The notes beneath the pieces were generated by a model. The model made no database searches, was not told where the DNA came from, and saw nothing but the letters and a program-made list of their open reading frames with translations. From NCBI GenBank assembly GCA_039818205.1, contig JBCBUK010000004.1:40302-104301 (forward strand): a stretch of 64,000 nt of DNA. Direction: 5' to 3'. The position numbers were made by a program, and so were the translations under genes. Positions within the stretch are counted from its first letter, which is position 1. Each line of letters starts with the position of its first letter. Shown here one piece after another: positions 48,543 to 57,527 of the stretch. Source of the stretch: Verrucomicrobiota bacterium (GTDB taxonomy: Bacteria > Verrucomicrobiota > Verrucomicrobiia > Opitutales > Cerasicoccaceae).

Positions 48543-49580
48543 ATGTTTAGCTTCTCGCAAATCGCGATCGAATCGCTCGCCTACGCCGTCCCACCCGAAG
48601 TTTGGTCGTCTGACGAAATCGAGAGTCGGCTCTCCGCTGTCTACGACCGTCTAAAATTGCCGGCTGGTCGATTAGAGTTGATGACCGGCATCCGTGAGCG
48701 CCGATTTTGGCCAGCGGACTATCCGCCGAGCTCCGCTTCGGCCGAAGCCGGGAAAAAAGCGCTTGAGCAGTCTCGATTCGACTCTGATGAGATCGACGTC
48801 GTGATTCACTGCGCGGTTTGTCGCGACCGGTTGGAGCCCGCAACGGCGAGTGCCGTACACGCCCATTTGGGACTCTCTCAAAATTGCCAGCTTTTTGATA
48901 TTTCCAATGCGTGCCTTGGCTTCATGAATGGTATCATGGTTGCCGGAGGTCTTATTGAAAGCGGACAGGCGAGGAGAGTCCTTCTCGTCTCGGGGGAAAA
49001 TGGTCGTCCCCTGATTGAGCGCACGCTGCGGCTATTGCTCGACGAATCCCAAACGCGCCAGAGTGTGAAACCCTATTTTGCCAATTTGACGATTGGCGCT
49101 GGAGCCGTCGCGGCAGTTGTTTGCCCAGCCGAAGAAGTTGCGGGTCCGCGCTTGCGGGTGACCAAGGGTGTGAGCGGCAGCGATTCATCGGCGAATAATC
49201 TATGTCAGGGAGATTCGACGATGGGCGAGCTGGATATGCAAACTGACTCCGAGGCTCTGCTTGAGTCGGGCGTAGGTTTGGCTCAGAAAACCTGGCAGCG
49301 TTTCCAGGCGCACACCGGTTGGACTCCTGAAACTCCGGACCGCATCATTTGTCACCAGGTCGGGCGCCGCCACCAGCGCGCCTTGTTTGAGGGGCTTGGT
49401 CTGCCGCTGGATAAAGACTTTTCGACCTATGAAGAGTGGGGAAATGTTGGTTCCGTTTCCCTCCCGTTGACCCTGGCAAAAGCCCGTGAGTCCGGCGCGC
49501 TTGGGCCGGGTTCGAAAGCAGCGCTGCTGGGAATTGGCAGCGGTTTAGTTTGTGCCATGATGGCCCTTGAATGCGATTAA
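48543..49580 (+). CDS. oleA: OleA-type acyl-CoA condensing enzyme (FabH-like thiolase fold)
   Basis: LE..TGIRERR.W, RD.LEP.TA (OleA-type Glu), NACLGF (Cys), HQVG (His), GN.GS.S (Asn), LLGIGSGL; followed by an OleB-like gene. Confidence 0.8.
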   Translation: MFSFSQIAIESLAYAVPPEVWSSDEIESRLSAVYDRLKLPAGRLELMTGIRERRFWPADYPPSSASAEAGKKALEQSRFDSDEIDVVIHCAVCRDRLEPATASAVHAHLGLSQNCQLFDISNACLGFMNGIMVAGGLIESGQARRVLLVSGENGRPLIERTLRLLLDESQTRQSVKPYFANLTIGAGAVAAVVCPAEEVAGPRLRVTKGVSGSDSSANNLCQGDSTMGELDMQTDSEALLESGVGLAQKTWQRFQAHTGWTPETPDRIICHQVGRRHQRALFEGLGLPLDKDFSTYEEWGNVGSVSLPLTLAKARESGALGPGSKAALLGIGSGLVCAMMALECD

Positions 49581-49584
49581 GACG

Positions 49585-50454
49585 ATGCCAGAACTTCCTC
49601 CTAAGATTGGCTCCCTATATCCGTTTGAATCCCACTGGTTTGAAACGCCTGCGGGGCGTATGCATTACCTCGACGAAGGTATTGGCAAGCCGGTGATCAT
49701 GCTCCACGGCAACCCAACCTGGTCGTTCTTTTACCGGGATCTGATTAAAGATCTGCGCGGCCAATTCCGCTGCATTGCGCCTGACCACATTGGTTGCGGG
49801 CTGTCGGATAAGCCCCAGGACTGGGCCTATTATCTGCAGGGGCACATTGACAATCTGCATGCGCTCGTTGAGTCCCTGGATCTCAAGTCATTTTCGTTGG
49901 TTGTCCACGATTGGGGCGGAGCGATTGGCATGGGTCTGGCCGAAGCGATGCCCGATAAAGTTGACCGATTGGTTATCATGAACACTGCGGCCTACCGATC
50001 CCAGCGGATTCCTATGCGGATTGCGGTTTGTAAGTTGCCCGTGGTGGGTGAGTGGATCGTGCGCCAGTTTAATGCATTTGCGGGCCCAGCGGTGAAGATG
50101 GCGGTGAGTGAACCGATGCCCGATGGCGTTGCCGATGGCTTTCTTTTCCCCTACGACAACTGGCAAAACCGCATTGCGACGCATCGATTCGTGCAGGATA
50201 TCCCACTCAAGCCAGCCCACCCTAGCTATTCGACGCTGGTCCGGATTGAGGAAGCCTTGCCCAAGTTCAAGAGCCACCCGATGTTGCTGGTTTGGGGACG
50301 CCGCGATTTCTGTTTCAACGACCATTTTTTGAACGAATGGCGCGAACGCTTTCCGAGTGCACAAGAGAAGATATTTGACAATGCGGGCCATTATCTCCTC
50401 GAAGATGCAGGTGTTGATGCGCGAAATGCGATCAAGAAATTTTTAGAAAAGTAG
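49585..50454 (+). CDS. oleB: OleB-like alpha/beta hydrolase (beta-lactone decarboxylase / haloalkane dehalogenase fold)
   Basis: YPF..H, MHYLDEG, HGNPTWSF, PDHIGCGLSDKP, HDWGG.IG, RFVQDIPL, WG..DFCF, AGHY.LED. Confidence 0.75.
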   Translation: MPELPPKIGSLYPFESHWFETPAGRMHYLDEGIGKPVIMLHGNPTWSFFYRDLIKDLRGQFRCIAPDHIGCGLSDKPQDWAYYLQGHIDNLHALVESLDLKSFSLVVHDWGGAIGMGLAEAMPDKVDRLVIMNTAAYRSQRIPMRIAVCKLPVVGEWIVRQFNAFAGPAVKMAVSEPMPDGVADGFLFPYDNWQNRIATHRFVQDIPLKPAHPSYSTLVRIEEALPKFKSHPMLLVWGRRDFCFNDHFLNEWRERFPSAQEKIFDNAGHYLLEDAGVDARNAIKKFLEK

Positions 50455-50457
50455 TTC

Positions 50458-51708
50458 ATGAGTCTCACCCTAGTCATCATTTTCCTGGTCTTGCTTTCGG
50501 CGAAGACTATCGCGGAGCTTTACCTGTCTCAACTGAATCGCAAAGAGGTCCAGGCCAACGCGGATCAAATCCCCGAGGCCTTTCGCGACGATATCGACGA
50601 AGAAACCTATCGAAAGTCGGTTAGGTACACGCTCGCGAAGAACGCTCATAATCGCATCGAGACCATTTACTCAGCGATCATCATTGGGCTAGTCGTCGCA
50701 ACCGGGTTTCTTGCCTGGCTTTTTGATGCGCTTACTGGCGTTTTGGGCACTGGAGTATGGGGACAGGCGTTGGTCCTGTTCTCGATGATGATTGTCCTCT
50801 ATTTGCCATCCATCCCATTCGACTACTACGATACCTTTGTCTTGGAGGAGAAGTTCGACTTCAACACGAGTAGCTTCGGGCTTTGGATTATGGACAAGGT
50901 TAAGGCCTTCATCTTTAGTGTCTTGATCGGTGTTCCAGTTTTAGCGCTGCTCTTTGCGATTTTTGATTGGTTACCGAATACTTGGTGGTTCTGGGGCTTT
51001 GTTGCGTTCTTCGTTATTCAACTGCTGTTGATGGTGCTTTACCCCCGCGTCATTGAACCCTTCTTTTATAAGCTGACGCCACTTGAAGATGGGCCATTGA
51101 AAGAACGTCTGCTCAAGCTGGGTGAGCGCGCTGGTTTTTCAGCAAATACGATTTTGGTGAAGGACGGAAGTACGCGCTCCAAACATTCCAACGCATACTT
51201 CACGGGTTTCGGACGCTTTCGCAAAATCGTGCTCTATGATACATTGGTAGAGCAGTTGGAACCCATTGAGCTGGAATCCGTATTAGCCCACGAGATTGGT
51301 CACTATAAGAAGGGGCACATTCCAAAGCTCCTGAGCATCTCGTTCATTACCGGCTTGGTTCACTTCGCCGTGATGGGCTGGTTGGCCACCCAGGTTTGGT
51401 TCTACAAGGGATTCGGTTTTGATCCCAGTTCCGGCATGGGGCCAATCCTGTTGCTATTCCTGATCCTTAGCTCATTGATCACGTTCTGGACGGGCCCGCT
51501 GTCCAATCGCTTGTCGCGCAAATACGAGTTTGAGGCTGATGCTTTCGCTCGCGCGTTGATGGGAGACGATCCACTGCCATTGGTGAAAAGCCTTCGCAAG
51601 CTCAACGAGAAGAACCTGGGCAACCTCACTCCGCATCCGACCTTCAGCAACTTCTATTACTCGCACCCAACCATTCAGGAGCGCGAAGCCGCCTTAAATG
51701 GGGCTTAG
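50458..51708 (+). CDS. M48A family metallopeptidase (Ste24/CAAX protease-like)
   Basis: Multi-TM; DGS.RS.HSNAYFTG.G, HEIGH zinc motif, SR..E.EAD.FA, YSHP...ER. Confidence 0.92.
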   Translation: MSLTLVIIFLVLLSAKTIAELYLSQLNRKEVQANADQIPEAFRDDIDEETYRKSVRYTLAKNAHNRIETIYSAIIIGLVVATGFLAWLFDALTGVLGTGVWGQALVLFSMMIVLYLPSIPFDYYDTFVLEEKFDFNTSSFGLWIMDKVKAFIFSVLIGVPVLALLFAIFDWLPNTWWFWGFVAFFVIQLLLMVLYPRVIEPFFYKLTPLEDGPLKERLLKLGERAGFSANTILVKDGSTRSKHSNAYFTGFGRFRKIVLYDTLVEQLEPIELESVLAHEIGHYKKGHIPKLLSISFITGLVHFAVMGWLATQVWFYKGFGFDPSSGMGPILLLFLILSSLITFWTGPLSNRLSRKYEFEADAFARALMGDDPLPLVKSLRKLNEKNLGNLTPHPTFSNFYYSHPTIQEREAALNGA

Positions 51709-51732
51709 TTGAGGGGAGCGATTTTTGTAGCG

Positions 51733-52611
51733 ATGAAGCAATGGGGACTAGTCTTATGGGTTCTCTTGCTGCCGTTGCTTGGCCTTGGAGAATCGCTACG
51801 GGTTGCGACCTACAACCTTAATAATTACTTGGACGTCGATCGCTGGGTCGATGGTCGCTATCGTAAAGATTATCCCAAGCCCGAATCCGAGAAAACCGCG
51901 CTCCGGGAGGTCATCCGAGGCGCCAATCCGGATGTGCTCGCCTTGCAAGAGCTCGGCGGCCCACTACACCTAGAAGAGCTACGGCAAGATCTCAAACGGG
52001 AGGGTCTAGACTATCCATATTCCGAGATTGTCGCGGGTAAGGACGACACTCGCTTTGTTGGTCTGCTTTCAAAGGTTCCTTTTGATGCGACCGCGCATAC
52101 GAATTTGTCGTTCAAATATTTCAACGAACGAGGCTATGTCCGACGAGGTATGCTTGAAGCCCGATTTGGTGAAGGAACGAATGCCTGGACGCTCTTTGTG
52201 GTCCATCTAAAAAGTCGTTGGACACAGCGCGACGATGATCCCGAAGCGGCAAAGTTTCGGGTTGGTGAGGCCCAGGCGGCTCGCAACCTGATTAAGAAAA
52301 AGTACCCGCCGTCAATCGCTCATCGGTATTTGGTCGTGGGGGACCTAAATGACACCAAGAACAGCTCGACGGTGAAGCGTTTCCTAAAAAGCGGGGATTC
52401 CAAACTCACAGAGCTCACCGAGACGCCAGATTCGCGTGGAGAGCGTTGGACTTTTCACTACCGAAGCGAGGACGTCTACGAACGGGTCGACTACATCCTG
52501 GCCTCGCCAGCTCTCCTGCCTGATGTAATGGGTGGGGCGACCTATGACGCCCAACCGGCAATCGGCGTGGCTAGTGATCACCGGTTGCTCTATGTGGATC
52601 TTAAACGCTAG
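51733..52611 (+). CDS. Secreted endonuclease/exonuclease/phosphatase (EEP) family protein
   Basis: Signal peptide; ATYNL.N, DVLALQE, VHLKS, GDLND, DYIL.S, SDH. Confidence 0.88.
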   Translation: MKQWGLVLWVLLLPLLGLGESLRVATYNLNNYLDVDRWVDGRYRKDYPKPESEKTALREVIRGANPDVLALQELGGPLHLEELRQDLKREGLDYPYSEIVAGKDDTRFVGLLSKVPFDATAHTNLSFKYFNERGYVRRGMLEARFGEGTNAWTLFVVHLKSRWTQRDDDPEAAKFRVGEAQAARNLIKKKYPPSIAHRYLVVGDLNDTKNSSTVKRFLKSGDSKLTELTETPDSRGERWTFHYRSEDVYERVDYILASPALLPDVMGGATYDAQPAIGVASDHRLLYVDLKR

Positions 52612-52629
52612 CTTATCGCGGCAAGCAGA

Positions 52630-53691
52630 TTAGTCCGTGATCTCGATAATTTCGGTTTCTTCCAGAAGGAAGTCGTCGTTGCCGAGAACCTGTCCGGACT
52701 GGCCTTGGACATAAGCGCTCCGGCCTTCCTGAATGGAACTCCCGGTTGGCGGATATTCCCAAGTGCCCGGAGAAGAAAGTTCTGTTGTCGAAGAGGAGCT
52801 GAAGCTGGAACCACCGCCACCGACAGAAATTGGAATCTGCAGTTCATTGAATCCGGCAGCGCTGATGTAGAGATACCCGGCTCCGGCATTGCCACCTTCG
52901 ATTGGAATGGAGACCGAACGGGCACCGGCTGGGATCATCACTTCGGGCATGATGACGCTGCCAGGAACATCAGTCATGACGTTAATAGCCAAGCCGTTGT
53001 TTGATGCTGGAAACTGAATGCTGAATCCAAGAGTGGAACGCTCACCAGGCTGGAGTTCAATTGGATTCGGGAAGACGTTCATCTTGGAGCCATCAACCTG
53101 GAAGCGACCAAGGTCAACGACGCCATGACCGCTCACGAGCTCGGTGCGGTAGGACTGGTTAGCCGCCAATGCGGGAACAATAAAGGTCAAGGATGTGGCG
53201 GATTGGTAGTTGGTCTCAGCCTCAAAGCCACCCATAACGATCTTGTCAAACTGGGTGAAGCCACGGCCCACAACCGGAATCTCGGCGCCGACTGGTCCGC
53301 GCAGGGACTCCATAGTGATGACGTAGCGATTGGTCAGCTGCAGGTCGTAGATCTCACTGATCTCTTCCTTACTGTTTTCCCGGGCGTAATCGAGGACGTA
53401 ATAGTATCGGGCCGCGTTGCGTCCATCTGGCATCACGTAATCGTACTCGAAGACGTTTTTACCGAGTTCGCTGCGGACCATCGGGCGCGCCGTACCATCG
53501 ACGACGATCTTGGGTGCGAAGCTTTCACTCGAAATGGCGTTGTCCGCGTTGCGGACGGCCATGCTCAAGGTGTAGATACCGGAGGCATTCTGTGGCACCT
53601 TCTGGCTGGTGAGATTGGTCATCGTGGGACCACATCCAGCAAAAATGGCGGACAGCATCCCGAGAATTATGACGTAAAGTTTTGCTTTCAT
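52630..53691 (-). CDS. Lipoprotein with IPT/TIG-like Ig domains
   Basis: MKAK...IFAGC lipobox; RGPVG.EI.V.GRGF...S.T.L.F.VP IPT-like segment; Ser/Gly-rich and acidic tail. Confidence 0.7.
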   Translation of the reverse strand: MKAKLYVIILGMLSAIFAGCGPTMTNLTSQKVPQNASGIYTLSMAVRNADNAISSESFAPKIVVDGTARPMVRSELGKNVFEYDYVMPDGRNAARYYYVLDYARENSKEEISEIYDLQLTNRYVITMESLRGPVGAEIPVVGRGFTQFDKIVMGGFEAETNYQSATSLTFIVPALAANQSYRTELVSGHGVVDLGRFQVDGSKMNVFPNPIELQPGERSTLGFSIQFPASNNGLAINVMTDVPGSVIMPEVMIPAGARSVSIPIEGGNAGAGYLYISAAGFNELQIPISVGGGGSSFSSSSTTELSSPGTWEYPPTGSSIQEGRSAYVQGQSGQVLGNDDFLLEETEIIEITD

Positions 53692-53720
53692 GCTGGAAGC
53701 TCGCAAGACAAACAAAGTCT

Positions 53721-54959
53721 GTGGACCTTTCGCAAGCAAAACCCGCTAATGATCCAACCTCCGGGCCAATTTCGGTGGGTTTATACGTTCATGTGCCCTT
53801 TTGTGCAACCAGCTGCGACTTTTGTGCCTTTTATCAAGAGAAACCGCACCGCGATGATTTAATGCGGTATTTGGATGGAATGGAGCGTGAACTTGATCGT
53901 TGGCAGGCCGAGTGCGCGCAAAACTGGGGCGGGGTTGATCCCTTGGGGAAAGGTTCGGCCAGTGCGAAGAGTTTTACGATTTTTTTTGGTGGTGGCACGC
54001 CCGGTTTGCTCTCGACGCCAGACATGGCGAGGCTGTGTGAGGCGGTGCGGTCCCGGGCACCATGGCCGATTGAGGAATGGACGGTTGAAATGGCGCCATC
54101 GACCGTGAAAATGGACAAGGTGAAAGCTATGTTGGACGCCGGGGTGACGCGGATCTCCATGGGAGTTCAAAGCTTTGATGATCAAATGCTTGAGAATCTG
54201 GGTAGGCGTCATGCATCCAAGCAAGTGTTGCAAGCCTACGACGTTCTACGAAACGCCGGGTGCCAGAATATCAATCTTGATCTGATTTTCGCGGTTCCTG
54301 GCCAGACTCGGGAGCAATGGACGAGAGATATGCAGCAGGCAGTTGCGCTTCAACCCGAACATGTGTCGACCTATTGTCTGACTTTTGAGGAGGATACGAA
54401 ACTGTGGGTCCAGTTGACTCGCGGTGAATTGCGCCGCGACATTCAAAACGAGGCCGAACTCTATCGCTACACGTGGGAGTATTTGGCCGGAGCGGGATAT
54501 GCCCAATACGAGGTCTCAAATTTTTCCCGACCGAGCTACGCGTGCCAACACAACCTGGGAACCTGGTATATGGGCGCTTGGCGAGGAGTTGGACCTGCTG
54601 CGGCCAGCCAATGGCTGGGCGAGCGGTGGTCGAATCCGGCAGATCTTAATCGCTGGCTGGACGGTCTTAAATCCTCGCCAATGATTCCGCCCCTCGGCGC
54701 TGAAGAAAAGGTCTCGCTTTCTGAAGATCTTTTGGCCGCCGATGCATTGATATTTGGCCTTCGCTTGAATGATGGGGTCGACCTCGAACGATTGCATCGG
54801 CGCTTCCCGAAAGTGGATTGGTCGGCTTACCGCGGTCTCTGGCAGGACTTAGAAGCCGAGGGTTCGATGTCTCGCAATGCGGAACTTTTGAGCCTGACGG
54901 ATAGCGGCCGAATGTATGCTGACGCGATTGGCGGACGAATATTGGAAGTAACACTTTGA
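53721..54959 (+). CDS. hemW: Radical SAM heme chaperone HemW (HemN-like)
   Basis: LYVHVPFCATSCDFCAF (CX3CX2C followed by F), FFGGGTP, R.SMGVQSF, DLI...PGQ, YEVSNF, HN. Start uncertain (GTG 53721). Confidence 0.88.
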   Translation: MDLSQAKPANDPTSGPISVGLYVHVPFCATSCDFCAFYQEKPHRDDLMRYLDGMERELDRWQAECAQNWGGVDPLGKGSASAKSFTIFFGGGTPGLLSTPDMARLCEAVRSRAPWPIEEWTVEMAPSTVKMDKVKAMLDAGVTRISMGVQSFDDQMLENLGRRHASKQVLQAYDVLRNAGCQNINLDLIFAVPGQTREQWTRDMQQAVALQPEHVSTYCLTFEEDTKLWVQLTRGELRRDIQNEAELYRYTWEYLAGAGYAQYEVSNFSRPSYACQHNLGTWYMGAWRGVGPAAASQWLGERWSNPADLNRWLDGLKSSPMIPPLGAEEKVSLSEDLLAADALIFGLRLNDGVDLERLHRRFPKVDWSAYRGLWQDLEAEGSMSRNAELLSLTDSGRMYADAIGGRILEVTL

Positions 54960-54960
54960 G

Positions 54961-54989
54961 TTGGCGCTGAAGATTCTACGTGCTAGTTT
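54961..54989 (+). promoter_or_regulatory. Putative leaderless promoter, TTGGCG-N17-TAGTTT with TGn extension, 6 nt before ATG
   Basis: -10 at 54984-54989, ATG at 54996. Confidence 0.45.
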
Positions 54990-54995
54990 TGAAGA

Positions 54996-56669
54996 ATGGC
55001 TCTTAGTCCCCGGCAAAAAAGCCTCTTCATTATTTGCGGTGTCGTCGTCCTTGTTTTAGCAGTGGCGAGTCCATTTGCATGGCAGCAGTTCAAAGTATAT
55101 CGCGCGGAGTCGCTCGCTGATACTGCTCGTGAGTTGATGGAGGAAGGAAACATCGAACAAGCTTGGGAAAAAGCGCGGGCCGCCTATGCCTTGATTCCGG
55201 AAGACCCGGAGATCGCTCGGACCTTGGCTCAACTCCGCGGTATGGCCGATCCGATAACGGCTCCAGAGTTGTGGGGAAAGATCTACGAGCTTACCGGCGA
55301 AGAAGCGGATCTGATGGCTTGGTATGACAGCGCCTTTCCGTTTGGAAATGCAGTTTCATTGGAGCTTATCGTCGAGCAAATGAAGGCGGATTTCCCTGAT
55401 TCAGCAGAGATCAACTTGCGGTTGGCCCAATGGGCATTGTCTCAAGGCGACGAAGCGGGCGGTATCGACCTGCTCAAGAAGGCTGCTGCTGCGCCTGAAG
55501 CATCGGCAGATATTCAGTTCGCCTACGTTCAGCGAAGCCAGAGCAGCGAGGATCCCGCTGTCCGCCAAGCAGGGATTGATTGGTTGCGCAAGATGGCCGA
55601 TCAGGAAGGCGAGATTGGCCTGCGGGCCTTGCGTGTGATGCTCCGAGCGCCGGGTGTCAGCGATGAAGAGCGGCGGAGTGTGGCGGTTCGCCTGTCGGAG
55701 CACCCAATGGCCGAGCGAGGTGATCAATTGACTGAGATCATGGTTCGGCAAAATTTGGATGAAACGCCAATCGACGAGGTCGTTGCCGAAGCCAAGAAGC
55801 TGTTCGCACTCGAGAACCTGGAAGAAGTGGTTGAGCTAGGGCGTTGGCTTAACGGCCAAAACCGATCGGCGGACCTCCTGGAAATCGTTGACTTGGATAC
55901 TGCGTTGAAGCGCGAGGATTTGTTTTTGGTCTGGGTAGATGCAATGGCGTTAACCGGCCAATGGGAGGGGCTCCTGACGGTGATCGACCGCCCGCGATTG
56001 CCGATTGATCCTTTCGTACAGCAGTTGTTTCGCGCCCGTATTCAAGCGGAGCTAGGCAAACAGCGTCTCAGCGATCTTACCTGGAACCAAGCCTTGATCA
56101 AAGCGCGCGACGACGTAACCAAGTTGGGCTGGGCTTATGATTATGCCGACAAGCTGGGTTGGAACATGAAGGCTCGCGATGCCTTGGAACGCTTGAGCAA
56201 GAACCCGCAGACCCAGCGATTGGCCTTCGAACGCCTGGTCGAACTCAACCAGAGAATCAAGGATGTCGAAGCGTTGCAGGAGGTCTTGAGGCGGATGAGC
56301 GACCAGTATCCGCATGATGCCAATGTTGCCAATGACCTGGCTTACGTTAACCTATTGCTGGGCCAAGAAGTTCAAGAAGCCGGCAATACCGCCGTCAACC
56401 TTTTGCAGCAATCGGAGAAGCCCTTTCTCGCGAACGTGATGACATTGTCGCTGGCCTATTATTTGGCAGGCAACAAGCAGGCGGCGCTCGAGCCGCTCTA
56501 CACCTTGCCGATCGACTGGGACGAAGTTCGGCCCGGTTGGCGAACCGTTTACGCCGCAATCCTGAAAGCCAACGGCCACACCCGTGAGGCTGAAAGCATC
56601 ATGGAGAAGGTAAATCCCGACCATGTGTTGCCACAGGAATATGCGCTCTATCGGTCGGCAAATGGCTAG
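54996..56669 (+). CDS. Membrane-anchored TPR-like helical repeat protein
   Basis: N-terminal TM, then all-helical A/L/E-rich repeats; NDLAY..LL and LSLAYY TPR-like segments. Confidence 0.75.
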   Translation: MALSPRQKSLFIICGVVVLVLAVASPFAWQQFKVYRAESLADTARELMEEGNIEQAWEKARAAYALIPEDPEIARTLAQLRGMADPITAPELWGKIYELTGEEADLMAWYDSAFPFGNAVSLELIVEQMKADFPDSAEINLRLAQWALSQGDEAGGIDLLKKAAAAPEASADIQFAYVQRSQSSEDPAVRQAGIDWLRKMADQEGEIGLRALRVMLRAPGVSDEERRSVAVRLSEHPMAERGDQLTEIMVRQNLDETPIDEVVAEAKKLFALENLEEVVELGRWLNGQNRSADLLEIVDLDTALKREDLFLVWVDAMALTGQWEGLLTVIDRPRLPIDPFVQQLFRARIQAELGKQRLSDLTWNQALIKARDDVTKLGWAYDYADKLGWNMKARDALERLSKNPQTQRLAFERLVELNQRIKDVEALQEVLRRMSDQYPHDANVANDLAYVNLLLGQEVQEAGNTAVNLLQQSEKPFLANVMTLSLAYYLAGNKQAALEPLYTLPIDWDEVRPGWRTVYAAILKANGHTREAESIMEKVNPDHVLPQEYALYRSANG

Positions 56670-56689
56670 CTGCACTGGGAAAGGCGCAC

Positions 56690-56721
56690 TACCTGTCGCC
56701 AAGAACCCATTACCTGTCGCC
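56690..56721. repeat. 11-bp direct repeat TACCTGTCGCC x2, 21-bp period
   Basis: Copies at 56690-56700 and 56711-56721 in a convergent intergenic gap. Confidence 0.6.
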
Positions 56722-56792
56722 GCCGAGCCTTTGAGGATCGGTCCACCTTGGAGTTGATCCGTAGGTTTGGATCGAATCGACGGTTAGGTCAG

Positions 56793-57455
56793 CTACCTTA
56801 CCAGAATTGTATAGCTGACCACATTCGGCATGGGGGACATGAAGTAGACATCGACGAGCTCTTGCGGGTCGATGGTCACCGGAACAAACGAAGTCTTCAT
56901 TGCCTCGCGTGATATCGACTGAAAGTTGCAGGCAACGCGTGTTTTCAGCGGGCCATCCGTCAAGTTTCTTACGCGCACCCATACCCGCAGCGCGCCGTCA
57001 CTCAATGGGTGTGCCTCGATGCGGGTGAGTTTGACGTCGTCGGTGTAAGCTTGAGACATCTGTGTGCCATCGGGAACCAAGACGGTGCCGTCCCAATCAC
57101 GTTCGATATCTTTGGTCTCTTGGGTGGTGGAAGAGCTTTTCTGAATTGCCGGTGCTTTTTCAACTCGGACGACATTGGAGCCAGGAACGTCGATTGCCCG
57201 TAGGTCGGGCTTTATAGCGCCTGCCTGCAAACTGTCCATCGCAGCCGGAAATTCCGTGGCTGTATCGACCGTGTGGGGCAGGGTGTCTTTGGCGCTTTCT
57301 TGGCTCGGAGCAACCAAATTGGTCGCGGCCGGTGATAGGTTTTTCTCCGCTGCCGGGGTCGCGCTACCGTTGTCTTCGCTACATCCGCTAAAGAAAGCAA
57401 CGGCGAGGATGGCGCATGCCAGCGAGAGTGAATTTGCTGAAGTTAGGGTCTCCAT
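56793..57455 (-). CDS. Lipoprotein with C-terminal YcfL/DUF1425-like beta domain
   Basis: FFSGC lipobox; low-complexity linker; G.LRVWVRVRN....L...V.C.F...SP.PNV.SYTILV. Confidence 0.65.
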   Translation of the reverse strand: METLTSANSLSLACAILAVAFFSGCSEDNGSATPAAEKNLSPAATNLVAPSQESAKDTLPHTVDTATEFPAAMDSLQAGAIKPDLRAIDVPGSNVVRVEKAPAIQKSSSTTQETKDIERDWDGTVLVPDGTQMSQAYTDDVKLTRIEAHPLSDGALRVWVRVRNLTDGPLKTRVACNFQSISREAMKTSFVPVTIDPQELVDVYFMSPMPNVVSYTILVR

Positions 57456-57527
57456 TGTTCACAGAAGGTTGCAGTAAGTAGTATCTATACAAACTACCAA
57501 ATTCCTCGTGAACGTCAGCAAAAAACC

